Assembly: GCA_029565675.1 (NCBI GenBank)
Contig: JAKQNP010000003.1
Coordinates: 79,197 to 143,196, forward strand
From: a bacterium
GTDB lineage: Bacteria; Zhuqueibacterota; Zhuqueibacteria; Residuimicrobiales; Oceaniaggregativiventaceae
Direction of reading: 5' to 3'
DNA: 64,000 nt
This document shows positions 39,601 through 48,619 of this stretch, piece after piece. Numbering within the stretch: the stretch's first letter is position 1; each line of letters opens with the position of its first letter. The notes under the pieces are model-generated. The model did not search any database. It was not told the DNA's origin and was given only the letters and a program-made list of their open reading frames with translations. The position numbers were made by a program, and so were the translations under genes.

Positions 39601-41627
39601 ACATATTCCCGCGAATCGCTGAACAGCGGTCCGTTGGATAGAGCATCCCAAAATTCATAGTCGGCAGTGCTTTCTCCGCGCAATTGATGCGTTGATCCGT
39701 GTAAAACAATGGTTCCACCTGAGCGGACGAGCTCTTGAAGCGCATCAATAAACTCGGGTCGATCAGAAATCGACACTGCAAGATTAGACTCAGGATCGAG
39801 ATAAAAGGGTACCACTGAGACAGAAAAAGGTACGGATTCGGCTTTCAGCAGACGCGCAATCTTGCGCAGGACTTTAGGATCGGTCAGGGGATGAACATCC
39901 TCGATGCGCAACAGAGCCAACGGTTTCTGTGCATGATATTCTCGCAGAATATCGTGCAATAGATCGCTGAAAACGATATGACGGCCGCCTTCAATAACAA
40001 AAGCTGTCGGCAGATCGGCAATATACCAAAATTGACCACTCTGGACAATATAGGGCCATTGCTGATCCCCTTTCACAAGCCAGGACCAAACATGACAGCG
40101 TTCTTCATCGTTGATCTTGATCGCATTCCAGGCCGGATCGACTTTGACCAGATCGATCTGTTTATAACGCACCGATATTCCCTCATCATGGCGTTTTTCG
40201 ATAAAACTCATGCCATGTGAATTGCCAGTCATGTTTAGAAATTGCTCCACTCCATTGTTCATCCATACCAACGTGCCAGGATAGCGATCGATGGTCTGCA
40301 AAAATTCAACCGGATAATCAAACTGCGGATCGACGCCTACACAAAAGAGGGCGTCGCTGTTTTCGATCACCTGGTCCAGCGAATCAGGCACTGGTGCAAT
40401 CGGCAGCAAGGAAACTCGAGCCCGAAAATGGGTGAGCAGACTGGCGACCTGGCGGGCATCGTTTTCACCCAAAGGATCAAAGCAGACAACGACGCGACAA
40501 GTCGTGCGTTCCTCTACAGCGGCATAAAATGCATCCCAAGCCTGAAGTTTGTCAAGCTGGTGGGTATCATAGATGTCGATATCTGGCAATCCAGCGCGTC
40601 GGGCTGCCCGTATTGCAGCCGCCAAATCACCAGGTCGCACTACAACTGCACCAAAGGGAGTAATTTCCAAATGAGCGACAATCCGTGCACGACCATTGAC
40701 CTGAGAGAGGACAGTTCGAGCTGCGCCCTCGACCCATTCAGGTGTGAATGTTTGTTTCTGTTTTACTTCATTCTCCCATTGTTGCCACATAAATTCCATT
40801 ACCAGCCAATCAGGTCTATCTTCGCCCCGCAATAAACCGGCAAGATCGAAACCTGTTAACTGCTTTTGCTGTTCTGGAGTCAATACAGCTCCATCGCTAT
40901 GAGCGCTGACGATATGGGTGACACTGGCTATCCGCTTATGCCTGTGAATCAGAGCAATCGAAGCTTGCAGGGTCTGCAACAATCCAGAGGAAGAGGACAT
41001 CAAGCTGTCTGCAGCCGCAAGGCAGCTGCCGCAGTAGCAACGGTTTTGGTTCCAGGCAATGACCGGCTCAGCTATATCGATGCCATCGAGATCGGGATAA
41101 CGGCGCAAGATTTCGTCGATAAACCCCAGCCACCATTCACGGACTTTAGGATTGGCGGGGCAAAGAAAGGCACTTTCATTGTCAGGTTTATACTCTTTCC
41201 CATCAGCTTTTCGGACGCGCCAATCAGGATTTTTTTGCCAGGCCAATGCATGCTGAAAGGCAGGAAGCCAAGCCATGATTCGAATCTGCCTAGGGTGAGC
41301 GGCGCGCAACATATACTTGAGCAAATCGCGACGCCCATAATCGGCTTGCTCATTAAGAGTATAATCAGTACGATACTTGGCACCATGGACCGGATCGTAT
41401 GCTTTAAAAAAGATGGTGTTGATACCCCTATCGCTCCATTCAGCAACCAGAGATTCACAAAAGCGGGCGATATTGTCGGGATCGGTGTAATAGTAGCTCG
41501 GATCGAAACGCACAGCTTGGATGGTACCGTCCTGCGGATCAAGAAGCAGGTCGCTGGCAAATTCTGCATATAGATTACCAACGCTGCAAAAAATAGCAGC
41601 GATCAACAACAGAATTGAATTTTTCAT
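36678..41627 (-). CDS. Large periplasmic polysaccharide-modifying fusion: GHL10-like barrel + DUF2334 deacetylase + second GH-like barrel + C-terminal TM anchor
   Basis: GINTIFF..AH...IRIMAW..FLCPANP.V..I..I...YPDLDGI; LLRIEDVHP..LHGSTHQ..WETPHY.AS..IPENLGY..SFFFHP; W..NGVRAIY..AH.N...VYLW..DWDGIN; TM followed by RHTLRKR. Start may be 41654, 41636 or 41627. Confidence 0.8.
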   Translation of the reverse strand: MKNSILLLIAAIFCSVGNLYAEFASDLLLDPQDGTIQAVRFDPSYYYTDPDNIARFCESLVAEWSDRGINTIFFKAYDPVHGAKYRTDYTLNEQADYGRRDLLKYMLRAAHPRQIRIMAWLPAFQHALAWQKNPDWRVRKADGKEYKPDNESAFLCPANPKVREWWLGFIDEILRRYPDLDGIDIAEPVIAWNQNRCYCGSCLAAADSLMSSSSGLLQTLQASIALIHRHKRIASVTHIVSAHSDGAVLTPEQQKQLTGFDLAGLLRGEDRPDWLVMEFMWQQWENEVKQKQTFTPEWVEGAARTVLSQVNGRARIVAHLEITPFGAVVVRPGDLAAAIRAARRAGLPDIDIYDTHQLDKLQAWDAFYAAVEERTTCRVVVCFDPLGENDARQVASLLTHFRARVSLLPIAPVPDSLDQVIENSDALFCVGVDPQFDYPVEFLQTIDRYPGTLVWMNNGVEQFLNMTGNSHGMSFIEKRHDEGISVRYKQIDLVKVDPAWNAIKINDEERCHVWSWLVKGDQQWPYIVQSGQFWYIADLPTAFVIEGGRHIVFSDLLHDILREYHAQKPLALLRIEDVHPLTDPKVLRKIARLLKAESVPFSVSVVPFYLDPESNLAVSISDRPEFIDALQELVRSGGTIVLHGSTHQLRGESTADYEFWDALSNGPLFSDSREYVRQRIETALNEMERAELYPVTWETPHYAASQLDYGVINRYFSTAYERRQTLDLHGSDQLVPYLINRHMSGGRIIPENLGYVPLDQQEAAAILTAAQHQLLVRDGIASFFFHPFIDLSVLKKIVQGMKELSYQFSSPRMTQNIVQAPNYCVLTGSGTVELDCQGCRVHEFFIDENGKLQRQTISDTLVTGRITRTIDVPLGWMYVLQKQAPGYPKGRKGLGQFSLSDLSESVFGKTDPLFDSQSNPVCAAILIDTSSAEQLGRSQSNWFCALSSVGIDADSLVCQSLFEIPSHINLLIIPQSAARILTEQQRLFIMSGVQKGLNVVMEQVSQMSEMIGVYRTEKNRLINSVVDEYYPQVEIIWRPGGELQGFDTDANFIVYYSTADSAQPVVTGGEFGEGKYLHFGALLDPVTDGGYARFPYLIDLLNRHFSLKPMVHRRAIEVYFEPGDREDISIEDLIKMWRSNGVRAIYVSGWHFYADYQYDYERLIRLAHQNAMVVYLWLELPHVNDVFWTRFPEWREKNALGMDAVVGWRKLMALNIEACREAVFNELQNLLLSFDWDGINSVELNYESALRFDAPEAFTPMNQDIRQVFFKQAGFDPLALFNPRSPYFWQHNSNAAASFFRFRSEQVVDLYRHFLGFLFELQKKHQSDWDLMITSMDSEIAANTAKSLGIDIKKILELRKDFPYTLQFEDPRETWHLGPERFKKMAQIYGDLPLVLDIAVEPYRQSQVSHSPTAQLSGLELYRNTAIAANEVNRVSLFSEASIYQVDFPLLPNAFAAQAKERLDECVWEIETSYTVIVRVDGERHQDVLLDGDIWPVYDRGRVTLPIGHHRLQTVGRLKSMMNRFESSVRIVDLSGELISAHLIGRGVAIHYSSPMPNWVILNEQPRAILLDGKKFSATGTVGELGYSIKLPSGEHQAIIFTMSSGTQFLKFASLFLSGLIVLIGFFAGFSLIIIYVRHTLRKRSGQTA

Positions 41628-41877
41628 TCGACTCATCAAAAGCCCAATTTGCATTCTTTTTTGCGCAAACGAGATCTGCCATCGAGCGCTGCTGGCAATC
41701 CTTGCGATGTGAGTGTTAGCGAAATACAGAAATCACCTAGCCTGCTTTGCAGGGCTGCTGCAAACATTGGACCGTTTCCGGGGACAAAAATCACCCGTCT
41801 ATGTGCTTTGTCTTCTGCTTGTCACTGTATGCAATCGACTGAAATGCATCGGTTTGAATCGATCTTACAATTTTGCA

Positions 41878-41921
41878 ACAAAAAAGAAATGGGCGATCAC
41901 CGGAATGGTGTATCGCCCATT
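41878..41921 (-). terminator. Rho-independent terminator separating the peptidase gene from the EPS operon
   Basis: AATGGGCGAT..ATCGCCCATT stem with inner CACC/GGTG pairs, followed by a T-rich tract on the minus strand. Confidence 0.75.
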
Positions 41922-41939
41922 GATCCTGGTTGGGTATGA

Positions 41940-43607
41940 TCAGCGAACAAACTGTTCGACAAAATAGGCGGGGGTTAGCGGTTCACCGGTGGCGTTTTCG
42001 ATCATTTCATTCCATCGGACTTGCCGCGCCGGCTCAAAGACCTTTTTGCGCAGAAAATCGCCGACTTGCGTTTCGCCGATCAGCACAAAATCTTGCCCAT
42101 CTTTAATCTTGAGCACATCTGTTGCCAGGGTGTGATGCAGTTGTGACGCCAGCAATTCGCCGAGCAAATAGTTGTGATAATAGCAGGGCGCAATGGTAAA
42201 ATGAATCTTGGCCGCCCAATCCGGTTCCTGCCGATTTGGCGGTGGTGTGACCTGCTGATACTTGGAAACCAAATCCCACCACAACTGGTTCAGATCCTGC
42301 TCGGGATCCGCATAGAGTTGCTTTTCGAATTCGTACATCACCATGGCCCAGCGCGCGAAAATCATCTGTTTGAGCTGCATATATTTGCTGCTCACTTGCT
42401 CGATATCGGCGCGCTGTTGGTCGTCCAGATCGAGCATCTTTTGCATCCAGGCCGCATCGCGGCTGCAACGGCCAAAAAACATGGCAATCGCTTCAGTGGT
42501 GAACATGTGTGCCGGTCCGCGCAAAAGATAGGGCGTTTTGAAATCCTGATGCTTGTCATAAACCCCATGACCCAGCTCATGCAGCATGGTTTCCATCCAG
42601 CTCTCGTTGTTTTTGACGTTGCAGAGGATGCGCACATCGCCTTGTCGATCGATATGGGTGCAAAACGCATGCGGATTTTTGCCTTCGCGCTCATAGAGGT
42701 CGCTGTTGGTGAGAATTTCATCCACCGGCAGCCCGATCCCGGCGTAGAAATCCCGGGCCAGTTCGACGACATCGTGATCGGCGTAATAGCTGTCCAGATC
42801 GATCGCATACACCAGCGGTGTTTCTTGAAAAAACGGATCATGATAGTGCCAGGGCAGCAAACCATTGACGCCGATACCGTAAAGATCAGCCAAAATCGAA
42901 TCCAACTCGGTTTTCAAGCGGGTATAGGGCTCTTCGGTCAACGCGAACAATTCGGCAAAAAGGGCATCGAGTTCGTCGGCGTTCTGCTCCGTGGTCGTCA
43001 AGGCCAGGGTATGATAATTTTCAAAACCCAGACTTTGTGCAGCCTGATTGCGCAGCTTGACCAATTCGATGATCTCCTCGGCAACCACTCCACCGACCTG
43101 TTTGCTCGCCAGCCAGGCGTCCCGGCGAATCCGTGAATTGGTTTCGTTTTTGAGAATCTGCAAAATGTCGTTGCTGGTCACGGTGCGGCCATCCAGGGTG
43201 GCGCGAAAAGTGCTGAATTTTTGTTCCACTTGCGCGCCACGATCGACGATTTGCTTCAACAAAGGTGCTTCGATCTGGTTTTCGAGAAACGCATAGTAGA
43301 GCAAATCCAGCTGGCGGACCAGCTTTTTGTCTTTGATCGCGCCCGATTTGCGAAATTGGTCGATCCTGGCGAACACGGCGCTGTCCGCATAGATCTGCCG
43401 CAATTGCAGATTCAATTCGCCAAACCGCTGATAATCCTCTGCAGAGCCGGTCACCGCAGCGTTCCAATAGGTGAGATTGGTCTCTTTTTCCAGCGGTTCA
43501 ATCGCCGCAACCTGTGCCTGCAAAAATTCTTTCACTTCACGCTCCTCTTGATTGACACTGCACCCTGCGATCAGAGCAGCGAGCATCAGCAACACACTTC
43601 TTTTCAT
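41940..43607 (-). CDS. M2/M3-type (peptidyl-dipeptidase A-like) zinc metallopeptidase lipoprotein
   Basis: Lipobox LIAGC, DLYEREGKNPHAFC, HELGH, TEAIAM and HF...PCYYHNY. ATG 43607 follows AGGAGG. Confidence 0.85.
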   Translation of the reverse strand: MKRSVLLMLAALIAGCSVNQEEREVKEFLQAQVAAIEPLEKETNLTYWNAAVTGSAEDYQRFGELNLQLRQIYADSAVFARIDQFRKSGAIKDKKLVRQLDLLYYAFLENQIEAPLLKQIVDRGAQVEQKFSTFRATLDGRTVTSNDILQILKNETNSRIRRDAWLASKQVGGVVAEEIIELVKLRNQAAQSLGFENYHTLALTTTEQNADELDALFAELFALTEEPYTRLKTELDSILADLYGIGVNGLLPWHYHDPFFQETPLVYAIDLDSYYADHDVVELARDFYAGIGLPVDEILTNSDLYEREGKNPHAFCTHIDRQGDVRILCNVKNNESWMETMLHELGHGVYDKHQDFKTPYLLRGPAHMFTTEAIAMFFGRCSRDAAWMQKMLDLDDQQRADIEQVSSKYMQLKQMIFARWAMVMYEFEKQLYADPEQDLNQLWWDLVSKYQQVTPPPNRQEPDWAAKIHFTIAPCYYHNYLLGELLASQLHHTLATDVLKIKDGQDFVLIGETQVGDFLRKKVFEPARQVRWNEMIENATGEPLTPAYFVEQFVR

Positions 43608-43659
43608 CTCGTCCTCCTGTTCGTTCTTGGCTTTGAAAAATAAAAATACAAACTCGACC

Positions 43660-43688
43660 ATTATACTCTACCGGCAATGCGACTGCAA
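43660..43688 (-). promoter_or_regulatory. Candidate sigma70 promoter of the M2/M3 peptidase
   Basis: Minus strand TTGCAG-17 nt-TATAAT; overlaps the longer ORF-track start, which supports 43607 as the real start. Confidence 0.6.
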
Positions 43689-44219
43689 ATCGCGAATTGC
43701 CGCTTAGTTGTCAAACCACACTGCAGGCCGGCTTGAATCCGCAACATCGCCACGCTCGGCAATCGTCCCACGTTCATCTTTTATGTCGCACCGGTGATGT
43801 GCCGTCCTAAGATGGGACGCCGAGATCCAATTTCAATAATATCTTAGGCCTGACACGACTTTCATAAGGCATCGATTGGATACAAATTCGATTGACTTTA
43901 CCCTCTGGTCAGTGCAGTAGCGTTGGATGCTTTCCTCTGTCAGGACACCACGGCTATCTTGTAAGTTAGCAATCGCAATGGAAAAACCAAAACAGATTTT
44001 TCAGCCGTTTTCGGCATCAAAATACTTGTAATAACGGACAAATGTATGTACTTTTAATTTTATTTGTCCTGATCAATCAGATCGACCACAAAGGAGGCGC
44101 TAAAAACACCGGATGGCAATCGAGTCACTGCCTGCTGATTTTTATAACCCAAAAGCTTATTGTGTCAAGTGGTTATGGCAGTTTGGCCGAGCCATTGCAA
44201 AAGAACAAGGGAAAAAGCA

Positions 44220-45590
44220 ATGAAACCCAACCTTTGGATGCTTATGACGATAGCTTCATTAACCGCTGCTCAGGCTGAACCGATCCGTGTGCCCTACACC
44301 AGCTTTTACCTGCCGAATGGCTTGCATGTGATCCTGCATGAGGAGCACACCGTCCCCATGGTCAGCGTCAACATCTGGTACCATGTGGGTTCGAGCCGTG
44401 AAAAGCCCGGACGCACGGGTTTCGCGCATCTCTTTGAACATATCATGTTCGAGGGGTCGGCGCATGTTCCGGAAGGCAAATTCGACGAATGGTTGGAGGC
44501 GGCTGGCGCCAAAAACAACGGTTCAACATCGACAGACCGCACCAACTATTGGATGGATTTGCCGAGCAATGCCCTGGATCTGGCGCTCTTTTTGGAATCC
44601 GACCGCATGGGATATTTGCTGCAAAGCTTGACGCCGGAGAGTGTCGAAGGCCAACGCCAGGTGGTGATGAACGAACGGCGGCAAAATTACGAAAATGAGC
44701 CCTATGGTCTGGCGAGCATTCTGATTGCGGAAAACCTCTATCCCCCTGATCATCCCTATCACTGGCCGACGATCGGCTCGATGGAAGACCTGCAGGCCGC
44801 GACTTTCGACGATGTGGTCGAGTTTTTCCAGAGTTACTATGGTCCGCAAAACGCCGGTCTGGCCATTGCCGGCGACATCGATTTGGAGCAGACCCGCCAG
44901 GCTGTGGAAAAATGGTTCGGAGAAATTCCGGCCGGACCGGCCGTGCCGCCGCTGGCACCACCGGCGGTCTATTTGACTGCCGAAAAACGTCTGGTTATGC
45001 AAGACAAAGTCCAACTGCCGCGCCTTTATATGACCTGGAGCACGCCGGCAGCGTTTCATCCCGGCGATGCCGAGTGCGATATTCTGGCCAGCCTGTTGGC
45101 CGGCGGCAAGAACTCGCGGCTTTACAAACGCCTGGTCTATGAACAGCAACTCGCGCAGGATGTCGCAGCCTATCAGTTCTCCAGTCGCCTGGCTTCGGAA
45201 TTTCTCATCGTCGCCACCGCACGTCAGGGCCATTCCCTGACCGAACTCGAAAAAATCATCCAGGAAGAGGTGGATAGACTGCGCACCCAGGAAGCGGACA
45301 GCCGCGAAGTGCAGCGGACAGTCAATCAGGTCGAAGCGCAATTTCTTGAAAATCTGGAAAATGTGGGCGGATTTTCTGGCAAAGCAGACTTGCTCAACCG
45401 TTATTTTTACCTGACCGGCATCCCCGACTATTTCAACGAAGACCTGCAGCGCTATCGCTCGCTCGAGACCTCTGACGTTCGCGCCGTTGCCAACCGTTAT
45501 TTGCGCGACGATGGTCGCGTGGTTCTGAGTGTCGTGCCTCTGGGACATCCGGAACTGGCGGCACAAGCCGCAAAGGAGGAGCAGCAATGA
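44220..45590 (+). CDS. M16B zinc protease, catalytic subunit
   Basis: LPNGL.V, WYHVGS..E..GRTGFAHLFEHIMF (HxxEH), NGSTS.DRTNY, LESDRM and V.NERRQ. Confidence 0.92.
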   Translation: MKPNLWMLMTIASLTAAQAEPIRVPYTSFYLPNGLHVILHEEHTVPMVSVNIWYHVGSSREKPGRTGFAHLFEHIMFEGSAHVPEGKFDEWLEAAGAKNNGSTSTDRTNYWMDLPSNALDLALFLESDRMGYLLQSLTPESVEGQRQVVMNERRQNYENEPYGLASILIAENLYPPDHPYHWPTIGSMEDLQAATFDDVVEFFQSYYGPQNAGLAIAGDIDLEQTRQAVEKWFGEIPAGPAVPPLAPPAVYLTAEKRLVMQDKVQLPRLYMTWSTPAAFHPGDAECDILASLLAGGKNSRLYKRLVYEQQLAQDVAAYQFSSRLASEFLIVATARQGHSLTELEKIIQEEVDRLRTQEADSREVQRTVNQVEAQFLENLENVGGFSGKADLLNRYFYLTGIPDYFNEDLQRYRSLETSDVRAVANRYLRDDGRVVLSVVPLGHPELAAQAAKEEQQ

Positions 45591-47116
45591 TCCGATATCC
45601 CCATACACTTGCCCAATCCAAAGCCCTGGCGTTTTCGCCGCTGCTGGACACCAGCCTGTGGTCGGCATTGCTGTTGATCAGCCTGATCGTCCTGTTCCTG
45701 CTTTTGCTCGTCAATCAACCGGTCCACGCACAAACTCCGGATCGCAGCCAGCCTCCGCAACTCGGGCCTCCACCGGTTCTCAAATTGCCGTCGATGCAGG
45801 AATTCAAACTGAGCAATGGCCTGCAAGTGGTCATGATAGAGAAAAAAAACGTCCCGCTGGTGCAGATCAACCTGGTGATCAGATCAGGCCACATCGATGA
45901 TCCACAGGAAAAAACAGGTCGCGCAGCTTTCACTTTGGACATGCTGGATGAAGGCACAACCAGCCGAAGCGCCCTCCAACTGGCAGACGAAGTCGAATAC
46001 CTCGGTGCCAAACTGAGGTGCGCCGCCGGGAATCACCTCAGCATGGTTTCCCTGCATGTTCCTGTCGCCAGACTGGATCGCGCTTTGCAGCTGTTCAGCG
46101 ATGTGATTTTAAATCCGTCTTTTCCAACTGAAGAGATCGAGCGCCTGCGCAAAAAACGGCTGACCACCCTGCTGCAATGGTACGATCAGCCAAATCAGGT
46201 AGCTTTAATTGAATTCTATCGGTCGGTTTACAGCGCCGACCACCCCTACAGCCGCCTGGCCATCGGCAATGAAGAACAGATCGCTTCTTTGTCCAGAGAG
46301 GATTTTTTGCAGTTTCACCGCACCCATTTTCAGCCCAGCAATGCATTTCTGGTCGTCGCTGGCGACGTGACAAAAGCACAGATACAGGCCAGCCTTGAAA
46401 ACCAGTTCGCGGGCTGGAAAGCCAAAGACCGACCACAAATTCACTTGCCTGGGATCGCGCAGGTGAGCAAGACCCGCATCCATCTGATCGACAAACCTGG
46501 CGCCCCACAATCGGTGTTTCGCATCGGCCGAGTCGGGGTCGATCGCACGACAGCGGATTTCTATGCGATTCGAGTCATGAATACGGTTTTGGGAGGGGCC
46601 TTCACTTCGCGGTTGAACCAGAATTTACGCGAAAAGCACGGCTACACCTATGGGGCCTACTCTGTGTTCGATTTTCGCCCCCTGGCAGGCCCGTTTGTCG
46701 TTTCCACCGCCGTGCAAACGGAGGTCACTGCAGAGGCGCTGAAAGAAATCTTTGCAGAATTTCACCGGATTCGGCAGCCAATCGACGAAGCCGAAGTTCA
46801 GCGAGCGCGCAATTATCTCGCCTTGCAGTTGCCGCGCGATTTCCAGGCGGTCGATCAAATCGCCGATCAACTGGTCGAATGGAAGTTCTATGATCTGCCG
46901 GCGGATTACTTTAATCGAACTATCGACAACATCCTGGCGGTCGGCCAAAAAGACGTCGAGCGCGTTGCACAGCAGTTCATAGATCCCGATGCCATGCAGG
47001 TTATCATCGTCGGCGACCGGGAAAAAATTCAAGCCGAGCTCGAGGGTTTGAATCTGGGACCGGTTAAAACGTTGACCATCGATGCGGTGTTGGGCAGAAA
47101 GCCCAGGAACGACTGA
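45587..47116 (+). CDS. M16B protease, non-catalytic partner subunit
   Basis: LSNGL.V, lacks HxxEH, and has the R/Y substrate pair in SRLNQNLREKHGYTYG; ATGA overlap with the upstream gene. Confidence 0.88.
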   Translation: MIRYPHTLAQSKALAFSPLLDTSLWSALLLISLIVLFLLLLVNQPVHAQTPDRSQPPQLGPPPVLKLPSMQEFKLSNGLQVVMIEKKNVPLVQINLVIRSGHIDDPQEKTGRAAFTLDMLDEGTTSRSALQLADEVEYLGAKLRCAAGNHLSMVSLHVPVARLDRALQLFSDVILNPSFPTEEIERLRKKRLTTLLQWYDQPNQVALIEFYRSVYSADHPYSRLAIGNEEQIASLSREDFLQFHRTHFQPSNAFLVVAGDVTKAQIQASLENQFAGWKAKDRPQIHLPGIAQVSKTRIHLIDKPGAPQSVFRIGRVGVDRTTADFYAIRVMNTVLGGAFTSRLNQNLREKHGYTYGAYSVFDFRPLAGPFVVSTAVQTEVTAEALKEIFAEFHRIRQPIDEAEVQRARNYLALQLPRDFQAVDQIADQLVEWKFYDLPADYFNRTIDNILAVGQKDVERVAQQFIDPDAMQVIIVGDREKIQAELEGLNLGPVKTLTIDAVLGRKPRND

Positions 47117-47281
47117 CGGCTCATGAAGCGAATATTTGTTCGCCCTCTGTCCCAACGGTATTCCTGCCTTCAGACCCGCAATAAGAAAAGGGCACTTTGG
47201 TGCGGATTTTTCTGAAAACCTGCAGGTTGCCTGGGAGGTTCTGTTAAAAGTGCTTGTTCGGCAAAAGAATGCGTTAAACCG

Positions 47282-47310
47282 AGGCTGTCGTGATTGCGAC
47301 AGCCTTTTTT
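47282..47310 (+). terminator. Rho-independent terminator after the M16 pair
   Basis: AGGCTGTCG-TGATTG-CGACAGCCT followed by TTTTT. Confidence 0.8.
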
Positions 47311-47340
47311 ATCTGGCGCCTTGAAAGAGAACAAAAATGT

Positions 47341-47610
47341 TTAAACCCTAAAATTCTCTTGCAGAGTTTGAAGATTAGAGTTATTATTTATCAAATTCAT
47401 CATATCCAGTGGATGGATAATGAAGTGTTGCCACAAATCGGCTCGCCCATTGTTGATCTTTTGATCAGCGGTGGGCTGTTTTTTTTGGAATGGCTTCACG
47501 ATCTGGGTCATCCCTTCGCTCGCTATCCGCAGCAGGACAACTGTCGCCAGAAAACGCCTCAGCATCCGAAAATGCCAGTCCAGGATGGAGCACGTCAAAA
47601 AATACCTTAA
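47341..47610 (-). pseudogene. Possible remnant of a REP-associated tyrosine transposase (RAYT)
   Basis: YFLTCSILDW at the N-terminus, IASEGMTQIVKPFQK..TA..KI and LWQ...HP in RAYT order. No HUH motif, and short. Adjacent REP-like hairpins. Confidence 0.4.
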
Positions 47611-47635
47611 AGATATATTATTAATTAGGGTCACT

Positions 47636-47656
47636 GGTGTCCCAACAAGGGACACC
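47636..47656. repeat. REP-like palindrome
   Basis: GGTGTCCC-AACAA-GGGACACC, perfect 8-bp stem. Confidence 0.6.
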
Positions 47657-47763
47657 GCCCAACTTAACTCTAATAATTACAGCGATAATTTAATCGGATA
47701 CCATTCAAATCGATACTAGACCAAAATCATTACAAGTTTAAGATATTGTTGAATTTGGTGAAA

Positions 47764-47788
47764 GGTGTCCCATCTGACGATGGGACAC
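47764..47788. repeat. REP-like palindrome of the same family
   Basis: G-GTGTCCCATC-TGAC-GATGGGACAC, perfect 10-bp stem sharing GGTGTCCCA with the copy at 47636. Confidence 0.6.
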
Positions 47789-47828
47789 GAGTGAATTAGG
47801 GTATAATATCTAGAAAGGAATAGAGCAT

Positions 47829-48167
47829 ATGAAATGCCCCAATTGCGGTTTAATTAATCCTGAATCTGCTCTCAGGTGTGATTGCGGATTTGATTTTCAG
47901 TCCAAAACCATGAAAGATTCCTATTTGCCCATCAAAGAGCAAGAAAAATTAATTGCGCAACAAGATTCGGGCTTTTTCGCACCAGAAAAAAAAGGAATCC
48001 AAAAAGGAATGGTAGGCGGAATGATTATGATTGTAATTGCAGTAGTTTGGTTCGTTGCCGGTTATGCTGCTGGTATCTTTTTTTATTATCCACCTATTCT
48101 GATGCTAATCGGCTTATATGCATTTTTTAAGGGATTGCTTACCGGAAATGTAAGTGGTGAAAAATAG
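47829..48167 (+). CDS. Small zinc-ribbon membrane protein
   Basis: MKCPNCGLINP.SA.RCDCG.DF followed by two TM helices; AAGGA SD; AT-rich. Confidence 0.75.
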   Translation: MKCPNCGLINPESALRCDCGFDFQSKTMKDSYLPIKEQEKLIAQQDSGFFAPEKKGIQKGMVGGMIMIVIAVVWFVAGYAAGIFFYYPPILMLIGLYAFFKGLLTGNVSGEK

Positions 48168-48251
48168 ATGTAATATTACCCTCGTTTGAATTTCGTCGAA
48201 ATCTGAACAAGGTCTTACGGTGGCTGCAAAACCCTTGGAAGGAGAATTGAT

Positions 48252-48614
48252 ATGAATATGCGCATGAGAAAATTCCTCTTCTGGATACCAAGAATTCTCT
48301 GCATTCTCTTTGCCCTGTTTTTAGGCTTACTTTTCCTCGATGTGTTTGATGAAAACCTTGGTTTATTGGAGTCAGTCCTGGCCTTACTGATCCACCTGAT
48401 CCCTGCCTACATCGTGATTGCTGTGTTGCTCCTTGCATGGAAGCGGGAGTGGATCGGAGCGATCCTTTTCACCGCTTTAGAGGTGTTCTATATAGTATGG
48501 GCTTGGGGGCGATTCCATTGGAGTGCCTATGCAGCTATTTCTGGCCCTCTGGTTCTAATAGGTATTCTCTTTCTCCTTAATTGGATATACAGAGCACAAC
48601 TGCGTACTCAATAA
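48252..48614 (+). CDS. Four-TM membrane protein (DUF7670-like)
   Basis: WIPRIL.ILF..F..L..LDVF, LIHLIP, AWK.E.IG; AAGGAG SD. Family name from recall. Confidence 0.7.
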   Translation: MNMRMRKFLFWIPRILCILFALFLGLLFLDVFDENLGLLESVLALLIHLIPAYIVIAVLLLAWKREWIGAILFTALEVFYIVWAWGRFHWSAYAAISGPLVLIGILFLLNWIYRAQLRTQ

Positions 48615-48619
48615 CTGCG

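Noticed and set aside
41655-41877. Possible c-di-GMP riboswitch upstream of the EPS operon
   Set aside because: I looked because Pss/Yda systems are c-di-GMP controlled, but found no GGCAAA...GAAA...GACGCAAA pattern on the coding strand.
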